From Balanoglossus misakiensis (lineage: Eukaryota; Animalia; Hemichordata): DNA of 64,000 bases. Position numbers and translations under genes: made by a program. The DNA lies in assembly GCA_040954595.2 (NCBI GenBank), contig CM082589.2:7127186-7191185 (forward strand), given 5' to 3'. Below are positions 12,361 through 26,900 of this stretch, piece by piece. The notes beneath the pieces are model-generated. The model saw only the letters and a program-made list of their open reading frames with translations, was not told the origin of the DNA and made no database searches. Positions within the stretch are counted from its first letter, which is position 1. Each line of letters opens with the position of its first letter.

Positions 12361-13783
12361 CAGGTGGAAATTTCAGAAAATGAGCATTTTAAAAGCATGT
12401 CAGGCATTTTTTGGTACAAGCTGGGAACAAGTTGTTTTTGGATATTTCGAATACGCTGATTTCGAATTTGCCTGTTCCCAAAAATTCTTTTCACGTTTTC
12501 ATGTCGAAAATGGCAAATTAATTTGTGACGTCATAATTTCAAAATACCTAAAAGAAAACGCTGTTTGTAGCCATTATGGTGCAATATCACAGGTCAACAC
12601 CATAATAGTCTATTGAAATCATATTCTTATATTCATTTAAATATTTTTAAACAATTTTTTTAATTTAGAAACATTTTGTGAATTGGTAAAATGCTAATTT
12701 ATGTTAATTAGGTCCAGGTGGAAATTTCAGAAAATGAGCATTTTAAAAGCATGTCATTCATTTTTTTGGTACAAGCTGGGAACAAGTTGTTTTTGGATAT
12801 TTCGAATACGCTGACTTCGAATTTGCCTGTTCCCAAAAATTCTTTTCACGTTTTCATGTCGAAAATGGCAAATTAATTTGTGACGTCATAATTTCAAAAT
12901 ACATGTACCTAAAAGAAAACGCTGTTTGTAGCCATTATGGTGCAATATCACAGGTCAACACCATAATAGTCTATTGAAATCATATTCTTATATTCATTTA
13001 AATATTTTTAAACAATGTTTTTAATTTAGAAACATTTTGTGAATTGGTAAAATGCTAATTTATGTTAATTAGGTCCAGGTGGAAATTTCAGAAAATGAGC
13101 ATTTTAAAAGCATGTCATTCATTTTTTTGGTACAAGCTGGGAACAAGTTGTTTTTGGATATTTCGAATACGCTGACTTCGAATTTGCCTGTTCCCAAAAA
13201 TTCTTTTCACGTTTTCATGTCGAAAATGGCAAATTAATTTGTGACGTCATAATTTCAAAATACCTAAAAGAAAACGCTGTTTGTAGCCATTATGGTGCAA
13301 TATCACAGGTCAACACCATAATAGTCTATTGAAATCATATTCTTATATTCATTTAAATATTTTTAAACAATTTTTTTAATTTAGAAACATTTTGTGAATT
13401 GGTAAAATGCTAATTTATGTTAATTAGGTCCAGGTGGAAATTTCAGAAAATGAGCATTTTAAAAGCATGTCATTCATTTTTTTGGTACAAGCTGGGAACA
13501 AGTTGTTTTTGGATATTTCGAATACGCTGATTTCGAATTTGCCTGTTCCCAAAAATTCTTTTCACGTTTTCATGTCGAAAATGGCAAATTAATTTGTGAC
13601 GTCATAATTTCAAAATACCTAAAAGAAAACGCTGTTTGTAGCCATTATGGTGCAATATCACAGGTCAACACCATAATAGTCTATTGAAATCATATTCTTA
13701 TATTCATTTAAATATTTTTAAACAATTTGTTTAATTTAGAAACATTTGGTGAATTGGTAATAATGCTAATTTATGTTAATTAG
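12361..13783. repeat. Four near-identical tandem copies of a ~355-bp unit containing the left TIR
   Basis: caggtggaaatttcagaaaatgagc starts at 12361, 12715, 13076 and 13431. Confidence 0.95.
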
Positions 13784-14616
13784 GTGACACGCCCATCTAA
13801 AATCAATGGGTCTACAAAAGAGAGCCAACGGTGTTAAGTGAGGTGTCTATTCCAATGTTTTCAGGGTCAAGGAATTCAAATATGCAATCGTTTACCTTGT
13901 CAGACAAGGTGCAGCATGAAAAATATGCAAAATTAGCTTAATTAGTCATGATGTCATGCTAAAATTGACAACTGAAAGCTAAAGATACGACTTTGGCCTG
14001 TCAGGTGTCTATTCATATGTTTTTTGACAAATGTTTGCATTTTAATGAATAACTGAAATGAAACTTTTCATATTTGTATGTAATAGCATGTAAAAAACAA
14101 CAAAATCAAACAAACTAACAAACAAACAAACAAATAAACATACACAACGAGGATTTAGTGTAGACTGTACATGCTCGCTGGTAACATCGTGACCAACCGC
14201 TCCGTTAAAAAACACCAGAACATTGAACGTATGAACGTTTAGGTCCACAATTCACAAGTTATTGAACTATGAATGTATGTTCAATGTTGTGAAAAGCCAA
14301 AAACATACTTTTTGCCAACAAAACTGACATTTGTTAACGTACAAGTTGTTCATTAATAGCGAAAGCACCGTATGGCCACACTCACATTATGCCAGCACCA
14401 TATATTCATGCTTAGTTATAAGACGTTGAATGCACACTGATGGCCCGACGTCCTCGGTGTTTTTTTGAAACCCGGTCTCTAACAACAATTTCTCTTCATA
14501 AGTAAAGAGTAATGTGTATTTTTATTACGGTTTTATATATGATACTGTGTGCAAAGTGAAGATTGTGTCAGTGAGGCAACATATATACATGTATGTTTAA
14601 TCCACTTGGGTGTCGT

Positions 14617-16839
14617 ACTTGGCTCAGATGTGCGTTAATGTGTACTAAACAAATTCAGATAGCGAGCCACAATATCTGTTGATGAGTTTCCATGGCAATT
14701 TTTTTCAAAATGGCCGCCAATACAGATGATCTCACCCACAAAATACCAATTATAAAACACCAAAATAAATTCATATTACAATATTTGAAACAAGAAACTG
14801 CTCAAAGAGTAATTTTCAAAATATTTATCATCACTAAACTAGTTATAGGGGTAAATACAGGATCGAGATTCAGTCGCTAAAGAAATTCAAGTTTGGTAAT
14901 AACACCGGTTACAACAAACTTAGTTAAAACACTGTATAACCATAGATATATTATAATAGTGGCCTGGCATAAACAAAATTTTCATAACATTTGGGCATTT
15001 TGTGATAAAAGTTTAACAAGTAAAGCTCAGTTGATTCGTTCTTTTCCCCATAAAAATATCTTTGATGAACAAAATTCCAAATTTAGTCAACCCAGGAAAA
15101 ACGGCATCTTGTTTCTCAACCTTATAAATTGATCTGACCAGTTTGAATCAGTGCAGAATCTAGCTTTTCTATTTTATCTTCATCAAATGATTTATGCAAA
15201 TAAAGAATCACTTCCCCATAAAATGGTGGCAGAAATCCAGTATCATGACAGTCGATTGGTTTGTTAAAGTTACTATAGAAACTAACTATGTCTAGGTTGC
15301 ATGTACATAGATAGATGTTAGGAATCCAAATCAAAATCTGTTTCAAACTTTTCATCCAATACTTGTCCTTCGGAAAGTGTTTTGATGAAGTCGCTTGAAG
15401 TGCTTTGTATTGCTCAAGTTATCGATAATTTTAATTGCACCTTGATGATAGTCAGCAGTTCTATTTTGACATGTTATTTTGTGTATTTTTGAACCCCCAA
15501 AATCAAAGAATAAAATGATAAAGTGAAAATAAGCTTCAAAACACCAAAAGTCTTCAGGATCACAGCTTTTCTGTAAAGAGTAAGATTTCGCTTACTTCAT
15601 GCTATTAAATGAAATGAAGTTTTCCGTAATATCTCTTGCAAAGTCAGATTACACATTGAGATATTAGAATGGAAGTACATTCCAAGTGACTTGTTGGGAG
15701 CATTGGGCCACCTAATCCCAGAAAATTGCAATAAGACCTGTTTTTTCCATTTACCAATCTAAAGGCCAACTGCTTGTATATTTAGTTGGGTTTCTATAAT
15801 TAACACACATTTTTGACAATATTTATGGCATGATGGACACTATTCTCGACAAATAAAATAATGTTGTGTCCTCCGCTGTAATTTTTATGAGTTTGGAATC
15901 ATAGACACCATTTATTTTTTGGTCAACTCTGTTAACAGTCGACAAAATTGCTGGAGTGGAACTGATACATGATCTAAAGTATCAAGACATATGGTCGATT
16001 ATTAACGTTTCAGCAATTCGACTTAAGTTTCTTAAATTTCCTATGGCATTTTGACAAACATCAACGCCCCGAAAAAACGTTGTCAACGCTGCGGTCGCGA
16101 TTGTGGTCGAAACAAAGCCGACATTTTCGCATGGTTCGTTACCCGGGGTCCATTTAGATTGCATTGCGTTTGAGGCCCTATGTGTATGTCTGACGACCAA
16201 TAAACGTGACGACCGCGGACTCAGTTTGGATCAACGTCTATTTCGGGCAGTAGACTCTCCTATCAAGTTGATAAGGAAATTTTACCAGTCACGAGTAAGC
16301 CAAGCCCACATCCGTGTGCAAATCTGATATATCGGTGATCTGTTTATATGATTATCATTAGCTAAGGTGGTAAACTGTTGTGATTCATATGTGTAATTTA
16401 CGTACTGCAAGTTAAATATCGCAATTAGCCTAATGTTTGACCATAGACAGTATGGTTTGATTTCTAGAGGAGCACCTATTAATCCGAGAACAAAGGGATT
16501 AAAAGTTGCGCCGTTAAATTGTGTTTTAATAACTTACTTACCCCTATAAGTAGTTTAGTAACCATAATATCTTTGAAAATCATTGTTTCCACAGTTCCTT
16601 GTATCAAATATAGAAATCTAAATTTATTTTGGTGTTCACAGATGTTATTTGGTGGGTGAAATTATCTGTATTGGTGGCCATTTTGAAAAATTGGTTGCCA
16701 TGGAAACTCATCAACAGATATTTAGTGGCTCGCTATCTGAATTTGTTTAGTACACATTAACACACATCTGAGCCAAGTTTGGTGCTTTTATCACAAAATG
16801 CACAATCGCTATGAAAATTAGGGTTTGGCCGCTCCACTA
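14617..16839. mobile_element. Second nested Academ-like element with truncated left end
   Basis: 14617-14740 is the reverse complement of ~16650-16778. The right side continues aagtttggtgcttttatcacaaaatgcacaat...ccgctccacta (CTA terminus). Confidence 0.6.
15050..15950 (-). pseudogene. Degenerate L1/Tx1-like LINE ORF2 (reverse transcriptase) fragment
   Basis: Minus-strand remnants KITAEDTTLFL (cf. YADDTTLFL), ADYHQGAIKIID..KALQA (cf. GGLxxxD..KAL) and LPPFY, broken by stops and frameshifts. Confidence 0.5.
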
Positions 16840-17962
16840 CAGGGCTTTAGACGGCCATATTGAATTGCCACATCGAGGCTCTTATCTCAAAATGAACTTC
16901 ACACTTGAAGTATTGTTTTGAACAAGGTTTAAGTCCTTTATTAAAATAAAGAAAAGGTAATTCTTTCCAATGGTTGTGAGTTTTCAGTACATGTACTGTT
17001 ACACCTAGCTTTATTATTATTTGGTAGCCAAAAATCAACGAATTATTCATACAATATGCAAATTTGTGCATAATTATTGTTTTATTATTGCTATTTTGTG
17101 TTTATACAACCAAAAAAGTTGTTGATGTAAACATGTAGTTTATTTTCATTGTTTAAGGAGGTACGTGAACATTTCTTTGATGCTATTCATGTGAGAATTG
17201 CGATCCTTGGCGGCCATATTTGATTTGCCAAAACGAGGCTCTTATCTCAAAAAGATCTTTTGGGAACAGGCATTTTCGAAATCAGCGTAGTCGAATTGAC
17301 CAAAAAACATATTTGGTTTGCTTGTACCAAAAAATGCCAGAGGGGGTCACAATTTCTCAAATCTCCACCTGACTATGATGTATTGGGGTCAGTGCACCTG
17401 TGTCAGAAGTTGCCTGCCTAACACAATGAATCAAACCAAGCCGAACTGTTAAATGGTCCGCTTTTGTTGACACATCTGACCGTAATAATAATAAAAGTGT
17501 GAAAAGTAGGCAGTTACTAAATGATCGTGAAACGAGCACTTGACGCGTTTATGTCGCTTGATAAAACGTTGGCTTCCAAAGTTACGAATTCTGTACCTTT
17601 TGGACCCACAAGGGTGAAGTCCATCGGGAAGCGTGTAGCGTCGACGAACAGGGCGAGGGACTGACATGCGCATGACATCACCGCTCTATTCATTGATTGG
17701 CTGGGTGCGGGGTATCTTTAATTTATGAGGACCGCCTCCCACTTAATGCGTCTGTTCACCAAACATCGGATCCGAGTCGACAATACAGTACAATACACTG
17801 CCGTGCAGTTTTTGGCTTCTCCGGCTTTTATACACATTGCTCTTTTATCATCAGTCGCCCGGGTTAAAATATCGCGCACGGTCTTCTCGAGCTCGGAAGA
17901 GGGGCATTTTTTTTCCCGAGGAAGGCCTGGGAGCTGTCTGCTTGTAGCTGGAATGACCCACG

Positions 17963-20900
17963 ATGTCCGCTAAGGTATATTATCACCGACCATCATTTTG
18001 CGGCTTTTTGAAAACATGGCTTCCGACTGATACGTGTGGGGTTATATCTGTCAGTGGAATTTTAACATTAATTTTGTGCGCTGTGGGTTGTGTGCTTTAC
18101 AGAAGGAGTCTCCGTCGGACCAGCAGTTACATTTAGCGGCTTTGCAGGGGAATTTGGAGCAACTGAAGAGAGTTTTGGACGGTGGACGGGTCCATGTTGA
18201 CTGTAAGGATAAGGTTTGTACACAGTCACCTATATTTCCTTTTACGGTTTCCGATCAAGTGATGTCGGACGCACGTATATAGGCTGCAGGTCGCCGCCGA
18301 CTGCTTCGTGTTTAAAACACGTGCAATTTGATAGCCGAAATAATGTTTTGTTTATGAATGAGCAGACGATAAAACGTTGCGTCATGACCACAGAGTCTTG
18401 GAGAACTAGGTCGATATTCCCGTAGAATTTATTTTACACGGTATCGAACCGTATACGCAGCAACGGCAGCAGACGGCCGGCGTTTAAATAGCGACTCACG
18501 CCAAACGCGGCGTAAAAGGTCACGACAGATGACCCCGTGGGGTCTGTTCTGAGAGCAACACATACCGAACATATTTCATCCTCGCAGAACGCATCTATGT
18601 TTTCACTTTGCCTAATCAAGTCCGAAATTTACACATAGCTTCGAAATTATTCCCCGTTCGCCATTGAAACATGACCTTCATCCCACATATAAAGCGTGCG
18701 TTATTGGCAAACGCCATACCGAGTGTTGTTGTGAAAATTCGGAAATGACTTTTTTCGTGTTTATTCAGCCAAAATTGATAATTACCAAATGTCAATTTTT
18801 ATTCCACTGATCACCCGAGAGTGATTTATTGTTTGACAGCAACAACTGTATTGTGCAGTCCCTAATCAGACAAACCCTTTGTCAAGCCCCCACTTCAACT
18901 GAAAGGTATTTTGCAATTAATTGCTAAGCTGTCATCCCCGTTATGTAATAGTTTCGACCTTTCGTACTGGTCTTATAGTCACTCGAACAGGACCCATTCA
19001 TTAAACGCGGGTGAAAATCAGTGAATGTGTTTACATGCATGCATATAACTGCATGCAGATTCGTACTATTTATCATCGTTGCTTGTCAATTTCCTTGAAA
19101 CAGACATGGGATGACGCGAAATGTACAATAGACAAAACGTTATGGCGTCACGCTTACGCTGTCTTTTTGTTGCTTAAATTGAATTGCAAACATATTTCAA
19201 TTATGGATTAAGCCTTTGATTAAATATGCTGTAATTTTATGCATTGAAATTAATAACGCGTCCCGCTTTCTCGTTTATATAACGCGCTGATGAAAGTGCG
19301 CGCGCCATGCGTTTGTTCCCTCTCAGCATTGACGATCAAACAGCTGCGTCGATTGTCTGCCATCGACTGCAATATTTCGTTCGCTCACTCTGTTCGCGGG
19401 AGCTATTGTCAAATCTGACCCCTCCTCACACAATACACTCACGTGGCAGGCCCGCGCCAGATTGGAAATAAATTTCCGACGCATAATTTGAATTATTCGT
19501 CTGCGAACACGGGCGATGTCAACCCTCCACGGGGCGCCGCCCTTTCTATCTCTTAGTTCAACTGTCATTCTGACACCATACTGTTATATTTATAGGGTCG
19601 CGTATGAATTTTCATAAACAGTGTCATATCTGAAATTAAAAGCAGAGTTATTTTTAGCGTTTATAAATCACCACGCACGCATGGTTGCTGTTTTGCCTTG
19701 GCAGATTCTGTCATGTCATTAACAGACGCTCTTTTGTTCAAAGGTACCATCGAAATAATTGACAGAAAAGTGGCCTTGACGTTCGCTCGAAAATAACTGT
19801 GACACAGGTGTGACGTCATTTGTATTCCGAATTTTTAATGACGTTGTTGACTATATGAATTTATTTGGAAATTGAACCATAATAGCCGCGAAGTGAGCTT
19901 CAACCAAAGACGTATTTCATAAACTGTGACATCGCATCGAGAAATATCAAACTCATTAAATTACAATCAATGTCTTAATAATATGATTTATACGCAAAAC
20001 GTCAATGTTAATGTAATTGTCAAAGGGCCTTCAACCTCAATTGACTTGTTGTAGAAAGACAATGGGTCATTTTTATTTTATTATAAAAGATATAAATGCT
20101 AAGGTTTGCCTCATACATTGACTTTGATATTCCCATTGTAGACCGAGTAAATCATATCATTGTTTGATTAAGCCATTACCGCCCGAGAAAACCGTGAATG
20201 CTGTCTACATTCTCCGAACCCTCCCTTCCCATTTTGGTTGATCGCGTATGGGCCCATTGTTGTCTGCCTGTTGTTGGCTGGTTTACACATACACGCGAGC
20301 AATTTCGAGCCAAACAATGTTACGTAAACCGGCATGTCGCTCAAGCTTGCTTGTCAACCCATGTCCTGATGTCTGGCGACCTATCAGAAGGCAACAATCT
20401 GCAATCATGGAAGTATGCTGCAATCAAACGCACGAATAACACCTCATTTGAACAGCTCCTGGGACTATAGAAACCGCAATCTACACCTAAATCCGAGATT
20501 ATCACGTGATTTTCGCAGATTCCAATTTCAGTCACCCGCCGATATGGAGTAAGTTATATAGCTGGGAACAGTCGTAATATATTCCATTTGGCGGTCTTAC
20601 GTATAGATGCCCACCAAACTGGGGGAGCATAGCCTGCTGTAATTCGTCGGAATCTCCATCATTTGTGTTATTTCCCCATAGTAAGCATTCCATTATGCGC
20701 ATGCCCAATGATGAAACCCAGTGAAATGGACCATAGCGTTCAATCCGCACCCCTTTGTATAAGCCAATGCGTCCAGTTCTCTTTCGTCAACTAATTTTTT
20801 TGTGTGCTATACAATCCTTGTCAGAAATCACATATTTGGTAAACAAAGAGCAATCACGTGACAAAAGGTGCAAAAATGCCAAAATCGAGTCATTTTTAAT

Positions 20901-23900
20901 ATAATGGGCATCTATCCTTCGAACGCCACCAATGTCTCTGTCGATAGACTTCCCAGACAATATTTGATTGATTGATTAATTGATTGATACCTTGATGATT
21001 GGATTGTCATGTATATAATTTGGATTCGATATGCGTCTGGCAGACATCATGATTGTATAGATTGCATTTCAAGTGCTAGATCGCATACATGTATATAATA
21101 TCAGTCTAAGCCTATCTTGGCTTGTCATAAAAGTTCCTAACCATGCATACTCTGAATGACCAGAAACGATATCGCTATTATAGAAAGGTCACGAGATCGA
21201 TAGGCTACCCTTCAGAAATCACAATCCGACAACGCACACTGCTGAACGTTGACAACGCAATGTCCTGGCGTGACCCCAAATGCAAAAACAGAATAACCAC
21301 ATTCCCATTTTTATTATTATAGGCCTGCAATTATCCAAAAATAGTTCAAAGCGTGTTGTTTGGTCACTCAGCGTGTACAGTCTTGCCGTACCAGTAAGAA
21401 CTCCCATGGAAAATAAAAACAACGTGAACCTTGAATTGTATAGTTCAGACGGTCAAACTTCAGCGACACAGTCAGTGTGTCTTTGCACAACCATAACGAA
21501 TATACTCCTGAGTATTTTTAACAGACAGGACGATCGACCACTGACCGGTTATTTTTGTCTCTGCCAAGGAGCGTGACGTCAGAGAGCTTGGCGGCCGTTG
21601 CGGGAGATTTATTCTCTCTTCAAATTGTCTTTTATGATGTCTGACTGCCAGTGCATCACCGTGGTTACTGAGGCCGGAGAGTGGGCCAGGAAATTTTTGA
21701 ACAGAATTGTGTATTGTACGTGTCGATATGTGCGTACATTCACCAAGTTTTATTTTCAGATACCAAAAAAGATGCAAAATTGGCGAAATAGTTACGTGAA
21801 GTCCCATTCTGTCACGCAGTGTCCGAATATTATTCAGCGAGTGGCATATTTTTTAAAACTAAGCAAACGCGTTAACTCGGCACTTTCGATCGGATAAATA
21901 CCTACCTTTAGGCCTATAGTGAGAAAATAGGAAGGAACATGACGAGTGAATGAGTGATAGAGTGACTGTCTGAACGCAGACTCACCTCGGTTAAGGTGAG
22001 GTCATACAAATATCGGCTGCCAATGCTTTGTCATTGAAATACTTACAGAGTTTCCGTTGAATTTTAATTCACAGTGATTCACATTGTTCCATGGTGGCGT
22101 CACCTTGAAGGAAATACAAACTTTCCCACTTTCCGCGGCAAACCCAAATAATCAATCAGCCGACGGTTCTGTTTTCACACCTGCGTTCTGCACGGTGCGG
22201 ATGGTTATTGACCGTGCGTGGTGTAAACGTAAAATGGCGTTTGCTTTGGGTCTGGTTACCGTCATTCATGATCAAAAGCACTCCGCCTTTCGGAGAATTA
22301 ATGATTGTGCCTCGCCATTGCTATTGTAAACACGTGACTTTTTGTTCCCAGACTGGGTATATTGAATTTCAAACACACAGTGCCTTATTTGTTCACCTTT
22401 AAAAAAGGTTCAACGTTTCTGTAGATATGGAGAAAATGGTTGGTTTGTGAACATCTGCCCTCGAGTGGTTTTACGAAACTGCGCATGTCAACAAATTAAG
22501 TCGTATAATTGGTCCCCTTCAATGAAAATCCTTTTATACCGACAAAATGTTGTCCTTTAATTTTGGCGTGTCATTAATTCTACGGGAGAATACTCACCGC
22601 TTACTCTTCAAGAATTCATGAAACTACAAACAGAGTTCATAAATATTTGACATTCCACGACTCACTTTGCTTTTATATCCTTTCGTAGTCTTTGTAATTC
22701 GTTTATATACATCCGTTGTTTATAATGGAGTCGTTGTTACCACGTAAAACATTTCACACCCGTTTCATTGCGAGTGGTGTCAACCATGCAACTGTAAAGA
22801 ATCCAGTCGGAACCGTTTTATTTTGGTCTAAAATGGCAACCCCCCCCCCCCCCGCGCCAACGTCCGAACTACACACCTGAGAGACTTCATACATGACCCA
22901 TGACGTAATTTATGGTACGGACAAAAAATAACGCCAGCAGTTCTGAGGTTAATACTCCCTCGATGTTACATCGAAACGACAGTTCGTCGATCCGAAACCA
23001 CTCTGCGTCTATATCATGCGATGCTGTGAACTGATAGGGTAGCAAAGGTCAAAAGTTCGATTGGCATTTGGAAGTAGCCAAGAGGACTAATTGAATGCTT
23101 GACATAACACTGTGTACTCGAGTGTTTACCGAACACAACGCTGCGCTAACTTGCTCGGGGCTGTACGTTGTATATCAGACACAGCCCAGAGACAGATCTA
23201 AGTCACAACCACGCAGGCACCCTTTCGCCTGGTGTAGTACGTGGTGGTTTATTTGTCTGTGATGCAGGTGGTTGGCTTTTGAGTTTTTAACATCTCCCCC
23301 AGTGTACTGAGCCACTTTCGGCATTTCCAAGGTCGAAAATAAGCCCATGCTCTTCATCATCATCATTAACAGCAGATGTTCAATTGTGCTGCCCTGTCGC
23401 CCAGCATATTCGTACTCTAACATCTAAATATATAATGGTGTCATACGGTTATATAAGAACGAAGGTGGCTATCAGGTTTGGGTTACATTTGGTAATAATA
23501 ATACAACTCGTATGTTATATGTTATCCCGGTTTAACCCATATCTGCTACATTAGTATTTAGATGCGCTCGTTCCAATTAATAGTGCAATATTATGACGTA
23601 ATCCCCCGGCATACATATCCGTTGAGAATTGGATGTCGTTTGCGAAATTAACATATCCGACATACCGACGCCGATGGAGACAGGTCTCCGTGCGTGATCC
23701 GGAAACAGACGAATATTAGCGGAATTCGAAACCTGTTCTAGTTAGTTCTTCAAACATTTCGTATTCTGTGTACGTCATGGCGGGGATCCTAGCTCAATAT
23801 CATAATGGCAATGAAATATGTTTTTTTTTTTCCGAAACAATTAGGTAATTTGATGTAGTCACGCTATTGCCATTCGTATTAATATACCTACGTCAGAGCG

Positions 23901-26900
23901 TCGCAGATTGCTATCAAAATTGATCACCAGCCGCGCACTTCGTCTGTTATGACTGATCATCCATACGTTGATGATGCTGATTATATCCAGGGATATTTTT
24001 CGTGATTATCCTCACTTCACAAAATAATTAATATAAATGTGATTTGGGGGAATAAGTTCACTTCTTTTGACCTTTGGCCTGGGCAATGTCTTCTCGAGAT
24101 TATGTCGTGGGACTCGTTTTTCGCGTGACCACCAAGTGAAAAATCTGTGATTAGCTAGATCTCCATTCTCCATGGTAACTGTGGCTTAATTTGCATAGGT
24201 GACTGTATACCTTTACCCAAGTGACATCACGTTGGGTTTAAAATAATTGCACGGCGCCAAATCATGACATCGGCACAGACAAGACACCCCCACATAGCCA
24301 GGTCACAAATCATTCTGTGTATCAGCGAATAAATTTTGTATGAATAGAAATACTGAAAGAAGAATGATTGATGAATAATTACGTGTACGGAGATTATCAT
24401 CCGGCGTATTGTAGTTATGTGTTCACTGTATGGAGTTACGGGATCCGTAGAGTACAATACAGCATCTGTCATTTTGCTGGAACTTTATGGACTGTTTCTT
24501 GTTGATAACGTTTCTTGTTCGCGCCTGAATAGTATGTAAATTTATCAGTGGTGATGTAGAAGATATACCTGTATTTCTATTCAAGATGCCCAGCTGATGC
24601 CATAAAATATTATTGTTGGATTCATAGCTCAGTATCTTCGATCTCTTTTCTGCATTATTTTGTGGATCATGATATGAAGGGTACGCCATTATTGCCAATT
24701 CTTTGAAAACGCACTGGGCATGCGTCTCAGTGCGTTGGACTCGTCTGCCCGCCAAGAATCATAAGTACATGTATATAGTCTGGTATTCGATTCCTGTGGG
24801 TATCTTGGTATCTGATGCGTGTTAATTGTTTGAACAGTGAAATATTAGTACAGTGTGAAGTTTTAAAACATATATCACTGCGCATTGCTTGCATAGTTTA
24901 CATATAAACCAGACAGTATATGTTTTATGGTTGTATTCAGGAAGACAAGATACAAGAATTCGGACATTTTTTAAAACTTCGAAAATGTCAAATTTACATC
25001 TGCAGTCGTCTAAACGACGGTGTGTGAGTAACACGACCCATAGCAACTGAGATAGGGTCATTTTGTCAATCGTTTCTCAATCCTCTATGGCCTAACCTCT
25101 ATATAAATAGGGGTACCCCAGAAACTCAAGCCTGGAAGGATTATGAAAGTTTTATGCTTCAATAACTCTGAATGTATACTGTAGGAGTGTGTATAGCCGG
25201 TTCTTGTATGCCCATTGAATAATAATAATGACGACTTTCATTCCTGTAAACCGGTCCAGTGTGTTGATAAGACTCGGCGCTGTCCTATCCAACAACGTCA
25301 CCATTCATGGCGCTAATGTACTTTATTCCGGCGTCGTCAAAAGCTACGTGTCCCGAATGTGATGTGCCGTATTTGCGACTTCGGTCACTCATTAACGGCA
25401 GACGTCGCGTCCTGCGTGTAACGGCGAGGCGCCCGTTATATCCGAAACAAAATGTCGGCAGCAACCACGTACAATGCCTGCGCTGTCGCCAAGCAGAACG
25501 ATAGGAGACATGTGAAAAGTAGAATTTGCGTATTAATACAAAACATAATTCCATGAGGAATAATTCACGACGACAACGTTTGAGATATGGTGTATATACT
25601 CAGTGAATGGATTTGATAAATTGGCTAAGATGACTGAGGCGATAAACGGGGAATTCAATATTTTTATATTAGTAAATGACGTCACAGAGTCCTTTACTCA
25701 AATAAATTGTGTGTTTGTAGATAGTGGATGGTAGTTTTAATATTTATGGTTGTGGCTTTACCACATGCAAATTACTACAGTCGATATCTGCATCTTACAG
25801 TAAGCGATTAATTAAGATTAGAAAATGTACTTGCATTTTTTGGATTTTTCTACCAATACAGCCGAATTTCGCAGACAAGTACTAATATTTCTTGATGTAT
25901 TTGCCGCAGCAGTAGCAAAAATATGGGTGTAAACATGATACGCGAGACACTAATGCAAAACGATGATATACGACCCAACTGTGCCCTCTGTGGTTCACAA
26001 ACCCTTGAAAAACAACGATAAAATTATAATTTGTGTAAATCACTTGCAGGAAGGGACAACGCCCCTGATACTTGCCGCTGCAAACAACCATCTTGCCTGC
26101 GTTAAAGAACTCTTGGACCAGGGTGCAGATCCGAATGCCAGGCGACAGGTACAGTTCTCACATTCTTTTCTGTCCTAATTTTGGCTTGCCTAACCCCTTC
26201 CATCGGTTAGTCAAAATCACCCAATCTTTTTTTCATAAATTACGAGCAACTTTGCCTAACCTCGGTGACTCCAAACACATTAGTTCCCCCATTTTCCCGC
26301 CCTTGTGTTGACTGATTATATATTTAGAGGGGCATACACGACCCACTCTACTATATCATTGAAGGGTCCGGAATATATTAAAAACCAATCTGTTTCGCTC
26401 GAATTTCTCCTTCGCAGCGGGTGGGCTGTTATTCAAACATTGTTTACACGCCGACCTGTAACTTACACTGGTACAAGGCCAACAGTTGGGTCACGAATTG
26501 TATTTTTAGACCATTTGCCTGTTGTCAGGGAATATTCAGTTTTTTTCTGGCACATCTTAATGTTGCTATGGTACAGAAAATCGCGCGTTTTGAGAAATGT
26601 GACCATATTCGTTACCATGGTGATGATCAAATTTCGAGAAACCTCGGTGTGGAAAGGTCATTCAGCTTGGCTATGTTATCGTATATCCCAAATGAATTTT
26701 AATAGTAGAAAAGTGTTCGCAAACGCATGGCTGGCGAGTTCATATCCTGGTCTCCATACCCAGAGTATGGAAACCAGGCCAGCGAGTTCACTGACCCTCG
26801 GCCAATTTGCTTCCCCCAATTCTCTAAACACCGTCGAAAAAAAGCAAAGCAGCTGGTACAACCGTTGGCAATAACAAATATTTGGCATCATGATTACCTG

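Larger units (their letters stand above)
12357..17375. mobile_element. Non-autonomous Academ-like DNA transposon, 5.0 kb
   Basis: Ends TAGTCAGGTGGA...TCCACCTGACTA with ~130-bp imperfect TIRs (shared GGCATTTTTTGGTACAAGC, TACGCTGATTTCGAA, TGCCTGTTCCCAAAA). 3-bp TSD TGA at 12354-12356 and 17376-17378. No transposase ORF. Confidence 0.75.
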
